From positions 1,078 through 65,077 of the forward strand of contig PLNN01000024.1 in the NCBI GenBank assembly GCA_003142795.1: DNA of 64,000 bases, written 5' to 3'. Shown one piece after another: positions 8,221 to 15,385 of the stretch (its first letter is position 1; each line of letters begins with the position of its first letter). This stretch comes from Candidatus Omnitrophota bacterium (GTDB taxonomy: Bacteria > Omnitrophota > Gorgyraeia > 2-01-FULL-45-10). The notes under the pieces are model-generated. The model searched no databases, had not been told where the DNA came from, and saw only the letters and a list, made by a program, of their open reading frames with translations. Both the position numbers and the translations under genes were made by a program.

Positions 8221-8253
8221 GGGGGGCGGGAGTTTTGGGGACACGCGGCGGAG
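8221..8253. repeat. REP-like GGGG cluster containing the 21-mer TTTGGGGACACGCGGCGGAGG
   Basis: Exact 21-nt match to 6972-6992, immediately upstream of the start codon of the 8257 gene. Confidence 0.4.
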
Positions 8254-8256
8254 GAT

Positions 8257-8652
8257 ATGATGGATAAGAAGAAGCTGATAAAGAATATCGTGTGGATCAT
8301 TGCCATAGCGGTGTACGTGTGGTTATTTGTGTCGCTTGAGCCGTGGCGGATAAATGTTAAGGAATTGATGAGCGGATGGGGTCTATTTACCTTGCTTATC
8401 ATCATCACTATGCCGGGGCTTATCGTATCATGTATAGGCATGATCCTGGGCAAGAAGGGGTTCGGTAAGGCATTCGTGATATTCAATGGTATCTATTTGG
8501 TATGCGGGGCTTATATGGTATACTTTGCATGGACTTTTTACATATTTAAGGTCCCAACGCTGATGGAACGGCTCGCAAGCACGCGATCCAGTATATTGTT
8601 CGGCATCCTTATGCCGTTAGTCCTTTTTTATTATCTGGAAAGAACTAAATGA
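8257..8652 (+). CDS. integral membrane protein (about 4 transmembrane helices)
   Basis: 131 aa with hydrophobic segments IVWIIAIAVYVWLFV, LFTLLIIITMPGLIVSCIGMIL and FVIFNGIYLVCGAYMVYFAW. Confidence 0.45.
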   Translation: MMDKKKLIKNIVWIIAIAVYVWLFVSLEPWRINVKELMSGWGLFTLLIIITMPGLIVSCIGMILGKKGFGKAFVIFNGIYLVCGAYMVYFAWTFYIFKVPTLMERLASTRSSILFGILMPLVLFYYLERTK

Positions 8653-9386
8653 TCAAGAGTGTTGTACGGGCAGAAGCGGCAAAGAGGGCGTTGAGGAAAT
8701 ACGGAGATAAAGAAAAAGCAAGACTTCTTAAGCGGTACTTTAAGACAGGGCCGGGTGAATACGCGGAAGGGGATGTTTTTATCGGCGTTAACGTGCCGAT
8801 AGTCAGAAAGCTGGCGAAACGGTTCGAGGATCTGGGCCTCGCAGAGAATGTCAGATTATTGAAATCGTCGATACATGAAGAACGATTGCTTTCGCTTTTA
8901 ATTTTTGTTTCGAAGTTTTCGCGCTCGGACAACGATCGCAAAAAAGAGATATACGATATATATCTGAAGCACACCGGGTATATAAACAACTGGGATCTTG
9001 TCGACGTTACGGCCAAACGTATTGTCGGTGCATACTTGATGGATAAAAACAAGTCACCATTATACAGGCTGGCTAGATCGAGATCGGTATGGGAGAGAAG
9101 GATCTCGATATTATCGACGTTCCATTTTATCGATAGACGTGAATTTAGTGATGCGCTGAAGATAGCCGAAATGCTATTGTCCGACCGGCAGGACCTGATC
9201 CATAAAGCGGTGGGCTGGATGCTCAGGGAGGTCGGTAAGAAAGACGTTGCCGCGGAAGAAGGATTTTTACAAAAACATTGCGCAATAATGCCGCGGACAA
9301 TGTTGCGCTATGCCATTGAACGATTTCCTGAAAGGAAACGGCGCGGTTATTTAATTAATAGATATATAACCGGAGGTATAAAATGA
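8649..9386 (+). CDS. DNA alkylation repair protein (AlkD/AlkC-like HEAT-repeat glycosylase family)
   Basis: 245 aa. Motifs NNWDLVDVTA, WERRISILSTFHFI and HKAVGWMLREVGK are characteristic of the DNA_alkylation family. Confidence 0.65.
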   Translation: MIKSVVRAEAAKRALRKYGDKEKARLLKRYFKTGPGEYAEGDVFIGVNVPIVRKLAKRFEDLGLAENVRLLKSSIHEERLLSLLIFVSKFSRSDNDRKKEIYDIYLKHTGYINNWDLVDVTAKRIVGAYLMDKNKSPLYRLARSRSVWERRISILSTFHFIDRREFSDALKIAEMLLSDRQDLIHKAVGWMLREVGKKDVAAEEGFLQKHCAIMPRTMLRYAIERFPERKRRGYLINRYITGGIK

Positions 9387-9536
9387 GCCAGGAAGAACAC
9401 ATATTGCATGAATTGAAAGAGATGCATGTCTGGGTCGCGCATGCCGACAAGCAGATATCGCGCGTGAAGTGGTCGCTTTTCGGTCTTTTGAGCATCCAGA
9501 TAATTATCATATTACTGATGCTGGTCAAGAAATAAT
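9384..9536 (+). CDS. small membrane peptide (about 50 aa), hypothetical
   Basis: MSQEEHILHELKEMHVWVAHADKQISRVKWSLFGLLSIQIIIILLMLVKK. Overlaps the previous stop and was not in the ORF track. Confidence 0.2.
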
Positions 9537-9551
9537 ATTGGAGGCGAAAAC

Positions 9552-10589
9552 ATGAAAAATGAACGCTGGTTCGATCTCGGTCCGGTAAAAGAATTAAAAA
9601 AACACACACTTCAGCATATTATTATCGGTAAGATGCCTATCGCGCTGGTATACAAAAATGGGGAATTCAGCGCTGCCTCCGGAGAATGCAATCATGAAAA
9701 AGGGCCGCTGGGCAAGGGGCATATGGAGGGTGATTACATAGTCTGCCCATGGCATGGCTGGCATTATCACAGAAAGACCGGGCATTCCAAACCGCCGCAT
9801 GATGTGGCATGTCTGCCGCGGCATTCAGTAAAAGAGAAAGGTTCTCATTTATTTGTCAACTTGCGGCCGCAAAACCGCCGCGCTTATTTTCCCCATCCTC
9901 CGCATCCGCTGGCCAGAAAAATCGTACGCAAGCCGGGACCGATCAGGATAGCGGGCATATCGACAACGCCAATGGATGAAGTCCTAAAACGCTATTCAAC
10001 GTCGGAGCGCTTGCTCGAGACCGCGTTAGCTCACGCCAGGACAAAATTGAAGGCAGAAACAAAACTGATCAAGTTGCGCAACCTGAAGTTCAACCATTGC
10101 GGCGGGTTCTATTCGATAGATGAAAAGGCCTGCACGTGGCCGTGCACATACTCGCAAATCGATGAAAAAGATAAATTGGGCGAGGTGTATGAGGCGCTTG
10201 TATTCTGGGCAGATATTATTTTGATCGCCACTCCCATCAGGTGGGGAAGCGCGAGCTCTTTGTACTATAAAATGGCCGAACGCTTAAATTGTATCGAGAA
10301 CCAGGCAATGCTTTATGACAAGAAATTGATCAAGAACAAGGTTGCGGCGTTTATAATAACCGGCGGGCAGGATAATGTCCAGGCAGTAGCGGGACAGATG
10401 ATGACGTTCTTCAGCCAGCTTGGGTTTTTATTTCCCCGGGATCCTTTTGTCGGGCATAGCCGCGGATGGGCCGCCGAAGACATGGATAATAATATAAAGT
10501 ATGTGAGATCGAGTAACGAATTAAGAGTGGAAATTAATCGGCTGGTCGAAGGGGCAGTTGAAATGTCCAGATCGCTTTTGAAAAAATAA
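9552..10589 (+). CDS. Rieske [2Fe-2S] domain fused to a flavodoxin-like NAD(P)H-dependent FMN reductase domain
   Basis: The N-terminus has CNH...CPWHGWHYH, the Rieske CxH/CxxH ligands. The C-terminus resembles NADPH-dependent FMN reductases (ADIILIATPIRWGS, AAFIITGGQ). Confidence 0.6.
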   Translation: MKNERWFDLGPVKELKKHTLQHIIIGKMPIALVYKNGEFSAASGECNHEKGPLGKGHMEGDYIVCPWHGWHYHRKTGHSKPPHDVACLPRHSVKEKGSHLFVNLRPQNRRAYFPHPPHPLARKIVRKPGPIRIAGISTTPMDEVLKRYSTSERLLETALAHARTKLKAETKLIKLRNLKFNHCGGFYSIDEKACTWPCTYSQIDEKDKLGEVYEALVFWADIILIATPIRWGSASSLYYKMAERLNCIENQAMLYDKKLIKNKVAAFIITGGQDNVQAVAGQMMTFFSQLGFLFPRDPFVGHSRGWAAEDMDNNIKYVRSSNELRVEINRLVEGAVEMSRSLLKK

Positions 10590-10595
10590 TAATAT

Positions 10596-10865
10596 ATGAA
10601 CACGAAAGAAGAATACATAGAGCATGAAGCGCGGCGCCGGGCCGAATACGAAGCCCAGTGCATGCGATGCGGGACATGCTGCGGCGCTGATACCGATCCG
10701 TGCGCGAACCTTAAGGTCGACGGCGCCGGCAAATATTACTGTGACTCATATGACGATCGTTTCGGTGAGCGCTTTACGGTATCGGGCCTGAAATTTACCT
10801 GCGTTCCCATAAGAGATGTGTTGGTGTATGCGCCGCCATCTGCCGATTGCGGTTATGCGGATTAG
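10596..10865 (+). CDS. YkgJ/UPF0153-family cysteine-cluster protein
   Basis: CMRCGTCCGADTDPC fits the CxxCGxCC motif of the putative Fe/Zn-chelating domain. Confidence 0.5.
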   Translation: MNTKEEYIEHEARRRAEYEAQCMRCGTCCGADTDPCANLKVDGAGKYYCDSYDDRFGERFTVSGLKFTCVPIRDVLVYAPPSADCGYAD

Positions 10866-10875
10866 GAGATTTGAT

Positions 10876-11289
10876 ATGAGGATCATGATAATAGTTCTCG
10901 GTATAGTTTGTTTATTGGCTAATACTGCTACGGCAGCGCTGATGATGCGAGAGAGGTCCATGTCGGACAATGTCCCGGACCCGGTTCTCCTGTCTCCCGT
11001 ACAAGAGTCGGTCGATCTCACGGGCAAGGCTTCGCTTGAATTCAGGTGGAGTCCCCACGAGAGAGCCAGGGGTTTCAGGAGATTTTATGATTTCAGGCTA
11101 TATGAAGGCACAAACGAAGTAGAGTCTACGCGAATATATAAAGAAGAGGTGCCTCCGGAGCAGCATAATAAGAGCCTTCCAACGAAAATGTTCGACAACG
11201 GAAAAGTTTACACGTGGACATTGAGACAGGTCTATGATGAGGGAAGGAAGAGTAGGCGTAGTTATAATACGTTTAAAGTCGTAAAATAG
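10876..11289 (+). CDS. secreted hypothetical protein
   Basis: The internal start MRIMIIVLGIVCLLANTATA gives a signal peptide. The track ORF starts earlier at 10816. Confidence 0.4.
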   Translation: MRIMIIVLGIVCLLANTATAALMMRERSMSDNVPDPVLLSPVQESVDLTGKASLEFRWSPHERARGFRRFYDFRLYEGTNEVESTRIYKEEVPPEQHNKSLPTKMFDNGKVYTWTLRQVYDEGRKSRRSYNTFKVVK

Positions 11290-11294
11290 TTATT

Positions 11295-11558
11295 TTGTGG
11301 ATGATCCGGGGGTTTGAAAAGGTGATTATCGTAGCTATATCAGTGACGCTGGTTATATTGTCTTTCGGGATATTGTGCGTTCGGCGGCCGGAAAGAGCCA
11401 TAGAAATGCAAAAAAAGTTTTATGAAAAAATAAATTGGAGATTGGAGCCGATCGTCGTAAAAAGGGAATTGAAAAATACCAGGATCATGGGAATATTCAT
11501 GGTTGTCGCGGGCGCGCTGACCCTTCTTCTCATTATTCTGAGGACCATGAAGAAATAA
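11295..11558 (+). CDS. small membrane protein
   Basis: Two hydrophobic helices. 87 aa. Confidence 0.3.
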   Translation: MWMIRGFEKVIIVAISVTLVILSFGILCVRRPERAIEMQKKFYEKINWRLEPIVVKRELKNTRIMGIFMVVAGALTLLLIILRTMKK

Positions 11559-11569
11559 AGAGATAGATC

Positions 11570-11779
11570 ATGAAACGATGGATCGTGATATTAATATCGG
11601 CGGTTGTTATATTGGCGATGTTCCGCTTCCTTACAACGCGCGGGAAAGAGGGCGGGATGTGGAAATTCAGGGAGTGTTCGGGCGTGACGAGGTTTGGCCC
11701 TTCCGGGCCAGTCGAGGATAACGCCCAGCCTCTCAGCGATCATGTCTATGTCGTTCCTAAGGAAGGAGAATGCAAATGA
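11570..11779 (+). CDS. small membrane-anchored protein
   Basis: N-terminal transmembrane helix MKRWIVILISAVVILAMF. 69 aa. Confidence 0.25.
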   Translation: MKRWIVILISAVVILAMFRFLTTRGKEGGMWKFRECSGVTRFGPSGPVEDNAQPLSDHVYVVPKEGECK

Positions 11780-12261
11780 AGCCGGCTCTTGTTGGGACTT
11801 CCATATTGCTATTATCGGTCATTATCGCATCTACCCCTGCTTTGACATTTGCAGAATTAAAAAAAGATAATACTGGGAAAATATACGTTGTTAAAAACAA
11901 CGACAGGGCAGGGACGCCTGCCCGGGCGATAGAATTCCAGCCGGCAAAAGACCCGGCCTACAAAGACACGATCCAGAGCGATAACTTCTTCAGGAAACGT
12001 TATATGGATATTGTGAATGAGGGGATTTGCTGTGTGCAACAGGGCCAATATGAGCAAGCGGTCGAGAAATGTAATGCTGCTATCAAGATAGAACCGGGCC
12101 TGCCTTATGCATATGTCAATCTTGCCGACGCCTGCTGCGGGTTAAAAAGATATAAAGAGGCTAAGGATAATTATAAGAAAGCCGAAGAAATATTCCGGGG
12201 AACGGGGAACTCGGAAGGTATCAGGAAGGTAGAAGAGTCCCTCGCTCTTATTACGCAATAG
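11770..12261 (+). CDS. secreted TPR-like repeat protein
   Basis: Signal peptide, then TPR-like helices (QYEQAVEKCNAAIKIEPGLPYAYVNLADAC). Confidence 0.45.
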   Translation: MQMKPALVGTSILLLSVIIASTPALTFAELKKDNTGKIYVVKNNDRAGTPARAIEFQPAKDPAYKDTIQSDNFFRKRYMDIVNEGICCVQQGQYEQAVEKCNAAIKIEPGLPYAYVNLADACCGLKRYKEAKDNYKKAEEIFRGTGNSEGIRKVEESLALITQ

Positions 12262-12278
12262 AGACGAAAGGCGCAGGA

Positions 12279-12647
12279 ATGAAAAAGATACTGATCATAG
12301 ACGATGAAGAGGAATTCGATACTTTTATAAAAACGAACCTTGAATTAAGGGAGGATTATGAGGTCAGTTTTGCCCTGGACGGCGAAGAGGGTTTGAGGGT
12401 CGCGAAAGAGCTGAAACCGGATCTCATACTTCTCGATATCATGATGCCCAAGATGAACGGTTTCGAGGTGCTGAAAGGCCTGAGGGGGGACGAAAAGACG
12501 AAGTCTATTCCCGTTATTATGGTCACTGCCAGGAGCGATGATGATTCTATGATAGAGGCATTGAAATTGCACGACGACGGCTATATAATAAAACCGGTAA
12601 AGATAGAAGAATTGGAAAGAAAGCTGGAAGAAAAACTGGAAACGTAG
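12279..12647 (+). CDS. single-domain response regulator (CheY-like receiver)
   Basis: ILIIDDEE...DLILLDIMMPKMNGFEV...IPVIMVTA carries the conserved Asp and Lys pockets of the receiver fold. Confidence 0.8.
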   Translation: MKKILIIDDEEEFDTFIKTNLELREDYEVSFALDGEEGLRVAKELKPDLILLDIMMPKMNGFEVLKGLRGDEKTKSIPVIMVTARSDDDSMIEALKLHDDGYIIKPVKIEELERKLEEKLET

Positions 12648-12656
12648 GAGGCCCAA

Positions 12657-12998
12657 TTGAAGATATTATTTTTCGTTATGGTCGTGATAATGCTGGCTCT
12701 TAACGTAAGTTCGGCGGAAGAGAAAGATAAAGGCGGCGGCCTGTTCTCGGAAGGCAGTTTTCTTTCGGAAGCCATATCTTCCGTAACCGACAAGATAGGC
12801 AAGGTAACGTCCGGTGAGGAAAAGATCGTAGACGATAACGCAAAAGGCGTTGATAAGGATATCCTGTCTTATGACGCGGAGCGGTTCGGCAGGTCCAGGA
12901 GCGCATTAAATAACGATGATTACCGGAATTACCGAAAAAGAGTAATGCAGGAACAGGAACAAAAAAATGGGGTAGTGTCCGGGGATGGGACGCATTAG
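12657..12998 (+). CDS. small secreted protein
   Basis: Signal peptide MKILFFVMVVIMLALNVSSA. Confidence 0.35.
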   Translation: MKILFFVMVVIMLALNVSSAEEKDKGGGLFSEGSFLSEAISSVTDKIGKVTSGEEKIVDDNAKGVDKDILSYDAERFGRSRSALNNDDYRNYRKRVMQEQEQKNGVVSGDGTH

Positions 12999-13266
12999 AG
13001 AAGGAGGACGTTTGGATAATGTCATGATCATCGGGACCATAGCGGCAGTATGCACTACCGCATCTTTTGTTCCGCAGGTTATCAAGGTTTACCGCACCAG
13101 GCATACCAAGGACCTGTCATTGCCCATGTACGTGCTTTTTTCATTAGGTGTATTTATATGGATGTGCTATGGTTTCATGACCTATAGTTTTCCGATAATA
13201 TTGGCAAACGGCATAACGTTCCTTTTGTCGATATACGTATTGATAGCGAAGATGAGGTATAAATAA
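12985..13266 (+). CDS. SemiSWEET / PQ-loop sugar transporter
   Basis: Three transmembrane helices in 80-93 aa, with the PQ motif (SFVPQVIKVYRTR). The true start may be the internal Met at about 13024. Confidence 0.6.
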   Translation: MGRIREGGRLDNVMIIGTIAAVCTTASFVPQVIKVYRTRHTKDLSLPMYVLFSLGVFIWMCYGFMTYSFPIILANGITFLLSIYVLIAKMRYK

Positions 13267-13268
13267 TA

Positions 13269-13616
13269 ATGCATGACCTGACATTTGCAAATGAAATAAT
13301 CTCAGTCTTGCAGAAAAAACTGTCGGCAATGGGCAAGAGTTCTTTATCTAAAAGGGCCGTCATCAATGTGAGGTTGAGCCCGCTTACGCATGTTACACCC
13401 GACGGGCTTAACGAGATCTTTAAACAGATCGCCGAAAGCCGGGGGCTGGGCAGCGCCGTCTTGAGCATAAAACCTCTGGAATTCGGGATGCGCTGCAATG
13501 CTTGCGGGTTCGTATCGAGCCACTCAGCGCCGGTCTTCGAATGCCCGAAATGCGGAGGCAGTGATTTTGACATAAAAAAAGAAAAAGAATTCGTAATAGA
13601 TTCAATCGACATATGA
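13269..13616 (+). CDS. hypA: hydrogenase nickel-incorporation protein HypA
   Basis: The MHDLTFANEIISVL N-terminus and the C-terminal zinc finger CNACG...CPKCGG. About 115 aa, as expected for HypA. Confidence 0.8.
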   Translation: MHDLTFANEIISVLQKKLSAMGKSSLSKRAVINVRLSPLTHVTPDGLNEIFKQIAESRGLGSAVLSIKPLEFGMRCNACGFVSSHSAPVFECPKCGGSDFDIKKEKEFVIDSIDI

Positions 13617-13647
13617 AAAGAAGCTAAATTGCGGAAAGGAGGATGAA

Positions 13648-13722
13648 ATGGCTAAAAAAAATACAAGAAGATCGAAGAGACTTGCCATGAGACGCAGGAA
13701 AAGAAGAAAATTGAGAAAATAG
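13648..13722 (+). CDS. arginine/lysine-rich 24-aa peptide
   Basis: MAKKNTRRSKRLAMRRRKRRKLRK, with an AGGAGG ribosome-binding site 7 nt upstream. Below the ORF-track cutoff. Confidence 0.25.
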   Translation: MAKKNTRRSKRLAMRRRKRRKLRK

Positions 13723-13745
13723 CGTTAAATAAAAAAGGAGGAGGC

Positions 13746-14153
13746 ATGAGAAGATATAAGGCCGTATTGTTGGCGATGTGTATCATATTTTTTTCGGCCT
13801 CCCAGGCCGCGCAGGCGATATCGTGGGAACATGACCTGACGCAGGCCCTTAAAGAGGCATCCGGCAAAGGAAGCCCGGTAATGGCAGATTTTTATACAGA
13901 GTGGTGCGGTTGGTGCAAAAAACTCGATTCTGATACCTACTCGGATAAGTCGGTAAACGATCTTTCCGGCAAATTCATCTGCGTTAAGGTGGATGCAGAT
14001 AAATCCAGCGAACTGGCGGGTAAGTACGGAGTTCGCGGCTATCCCACCATAATTTTTCTGAACAGTAAAGGCGATGTCGTAGAAAAGGTCGTCGGCTATG
14101 TCGATGCCGAGGGTTTGAAAAAGACGATGAATAAAGTTTTGCAGCTTAAATAG
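13746..14153 (+). CDS. periplasmic thioredoxin-family protein (CxxC = CGWC)
   Basis: Signal peptide, then WCGWCKKL, the thioredoxin active-site motif. Confidence 0.75.
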   Translation: MRRYKAVLLAMCIIFFSASQAAQAISWEHDLTQALKEASGKGSPVMADFYTEWCGWCKKLDSDTYSDKSVNDLSGKFICVKVDADKSSELAGKYGVRGYPTIIFLNSKGDVVEKVVGYVDAEGLKKTMNKVLQLK

Positions 14154-14164
14154 GAGATCCCAGG

Positions 14165-14506
14165 ATGAGAAGGATGATCGCTTTTATATTGATCTTCGTA
14201 TTTATAATAGGCCTGGAGGCGCCAGGTTATTGTTACGGGCCGATCAGGAAGCTGGAGCGGGGCGTATGGAATATGCTTACGTGTCCTGCGGAAATTCCGC
14301 ATAGGATGATCGAGAAGACCAGAGACACAAAGTTCCCGGACGGCGTAGTTGTTGGTTTCATAGAAGGCTGCACTATGATGGTTTTCAGGGCAGGGATAGG
14401 TTTCTTCGAGGTGCTGCTTTTCCCGATCCCTATTCCGCCGAAATATGAACCTTCGCTAAAAGATCCCGAATTTTTCTTTTTGAAAGTCCCGGATGAGAAG
14501 AAATAG
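14165..14506 (+). CDS. secreted hypothetical protein
   Basis: N-terminal signal MRRMIAFILIFVFIIGLEA. Confidence 0.35.
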   Translation: MRRMIAFILIFVFIIGLEAPGYCYGPIRKLERGVWNMLTCPAEIPHRMIEKTRDTKFPDGVVVGFIEGCTMMVFRAGIGFFEVLLFPIPIPPKYEPSLKDPEFFFLKVPDEKK

Positions 14507-15017
14507 AAAAATATTTAAATTAGCGGCTGCGCTTATTTTTGTTTCATCGGTTTTCGCACCCATCTGCAGGGGTGAAGGGGAGGTCAAGGACCTGAAACAG
14601 TTCGAATACTGGGAAAACAAAAAGATCAGGACGTGCACAGTATTCGACGTCAGCGGTTATATCAAAACGAAGGCGTATTGCAGGCAGGACGGGACCGTAG
14701 AAAAGATAGACAAATTCGACCGTTACGGCAACAGGATAGAAGAAGGTTTCTACGACCAGAAGGGCAGGCTTAAGACAGGCGTGGACGGCTGGGCGGCGAT
14801 GCGGTGGTGGTATGACGGCACGCGCCTCACGGCGCAGGTATCATATGACGAAGGCGGCATGCCGATGGACAGGAGATATTTCAGCGAATCCGGGCGCCTG
14901 GTGCTCAGGCAATACAGGGATGACGTGAATTTTAATCCGTATGAGGACGCGGCAATGGCGATGCTCCTGGGCCCACAGAACGTTCCCTGTGTCATAAAAG
15001 AGAAGAGAGACCGGTAA
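14493..15017 (+). CDS. secreted protein with MORN/YwqK-like repeats
   Basis: Signal peptide, then repeated G..eG.w..yd..G.l motifs. Confidence 0.35.
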   Translation: MRRNRKIFKLAAALIFVSSVFAPICRGEGEVKDLKQFEYWENKKIRTCTVFDVSGYIKTKAYCRQDGTVEKIDKFDRYGNRIEEGFYDQKGRLKTGVDGWAAMRWWYDGTRLTAQVSYDEGGMPMDRRYFSESGRLVLRQYRDDVNFNPYEDAAMAMLLGPQNVPCVIKEKRDR

Positions 15018-15032
15018 AAAAAGGATGAAGGT

Positions 15033-15275
15033 ATGAATAAAGCAAATCTGCTTAAGATAACGAATGTTTTATTGTTTATTTCGGCAGCTATTCAGGTTTT
15101 AACAGGTGTGACGTTATTCTTCGATCTTTTTATTGCGCAGGCAAAAGTCTTTGAATTTATAACCCAGGTGCATAGACATAACGGCCCGGTCTTCGCTCTG
15201 CTTGTGGCTTTGCACCTTTCATTGAACTGGGGTTGGATAAAAAACCAATTTTTTAGCAAACATACAGCTAGTTAA
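15033..15275 (+). CDS. small membrane protein
   Basis: Two hydrophobic helices. 80 aa. Confidence 0.3.
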   Translation: MNKANLLKITNVLLFISAAIQVLTGVTLFFDLFIAQAKVFEFITQVHRHNGPVFALLVALHLSLNWGWIKNQFFSKHTAS

Positions 15276-15308
15276 GATTTCTAAAAGGTGAAGTTGGGTA
15301 TATTCTTC

Positions 15309-15337
15309 TTGACAGAGAATATTAGCTCAATATATAC
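15309..15337 (+). promoter_or_regulatory. sigma-70-like promoter upstream of the EF-G paralogue
   Basis: TTGACA, a 16-17 nt spacer, then TATATA(C), about 50 nt upstream of the ATG at 15386. Confidence 0.35.
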
Positions 15338-15385
15338 TTATAGAATTATTATTTAAAGACAAAAACAGGAAGGAGCCTTCTGATA

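Noticed and set aside
2099-8253. Dispersed GGGGAC...GTCCCC palindromes considered as a CRISPR array
   Set aside because: Copies are irregularly spaced (hundreds to thousands of bp apart), lie in separate intergenic gaps, and differ in their centre. This is REP-like behaviour, not a repeat-spacer array.
7521-8486. 321-aa minus-strand ORF
   Set aside because: Low-complexity translation with no motifs. It runs entirely antisense to the well-supported RelE/antitoxin and membrane-protein genes.
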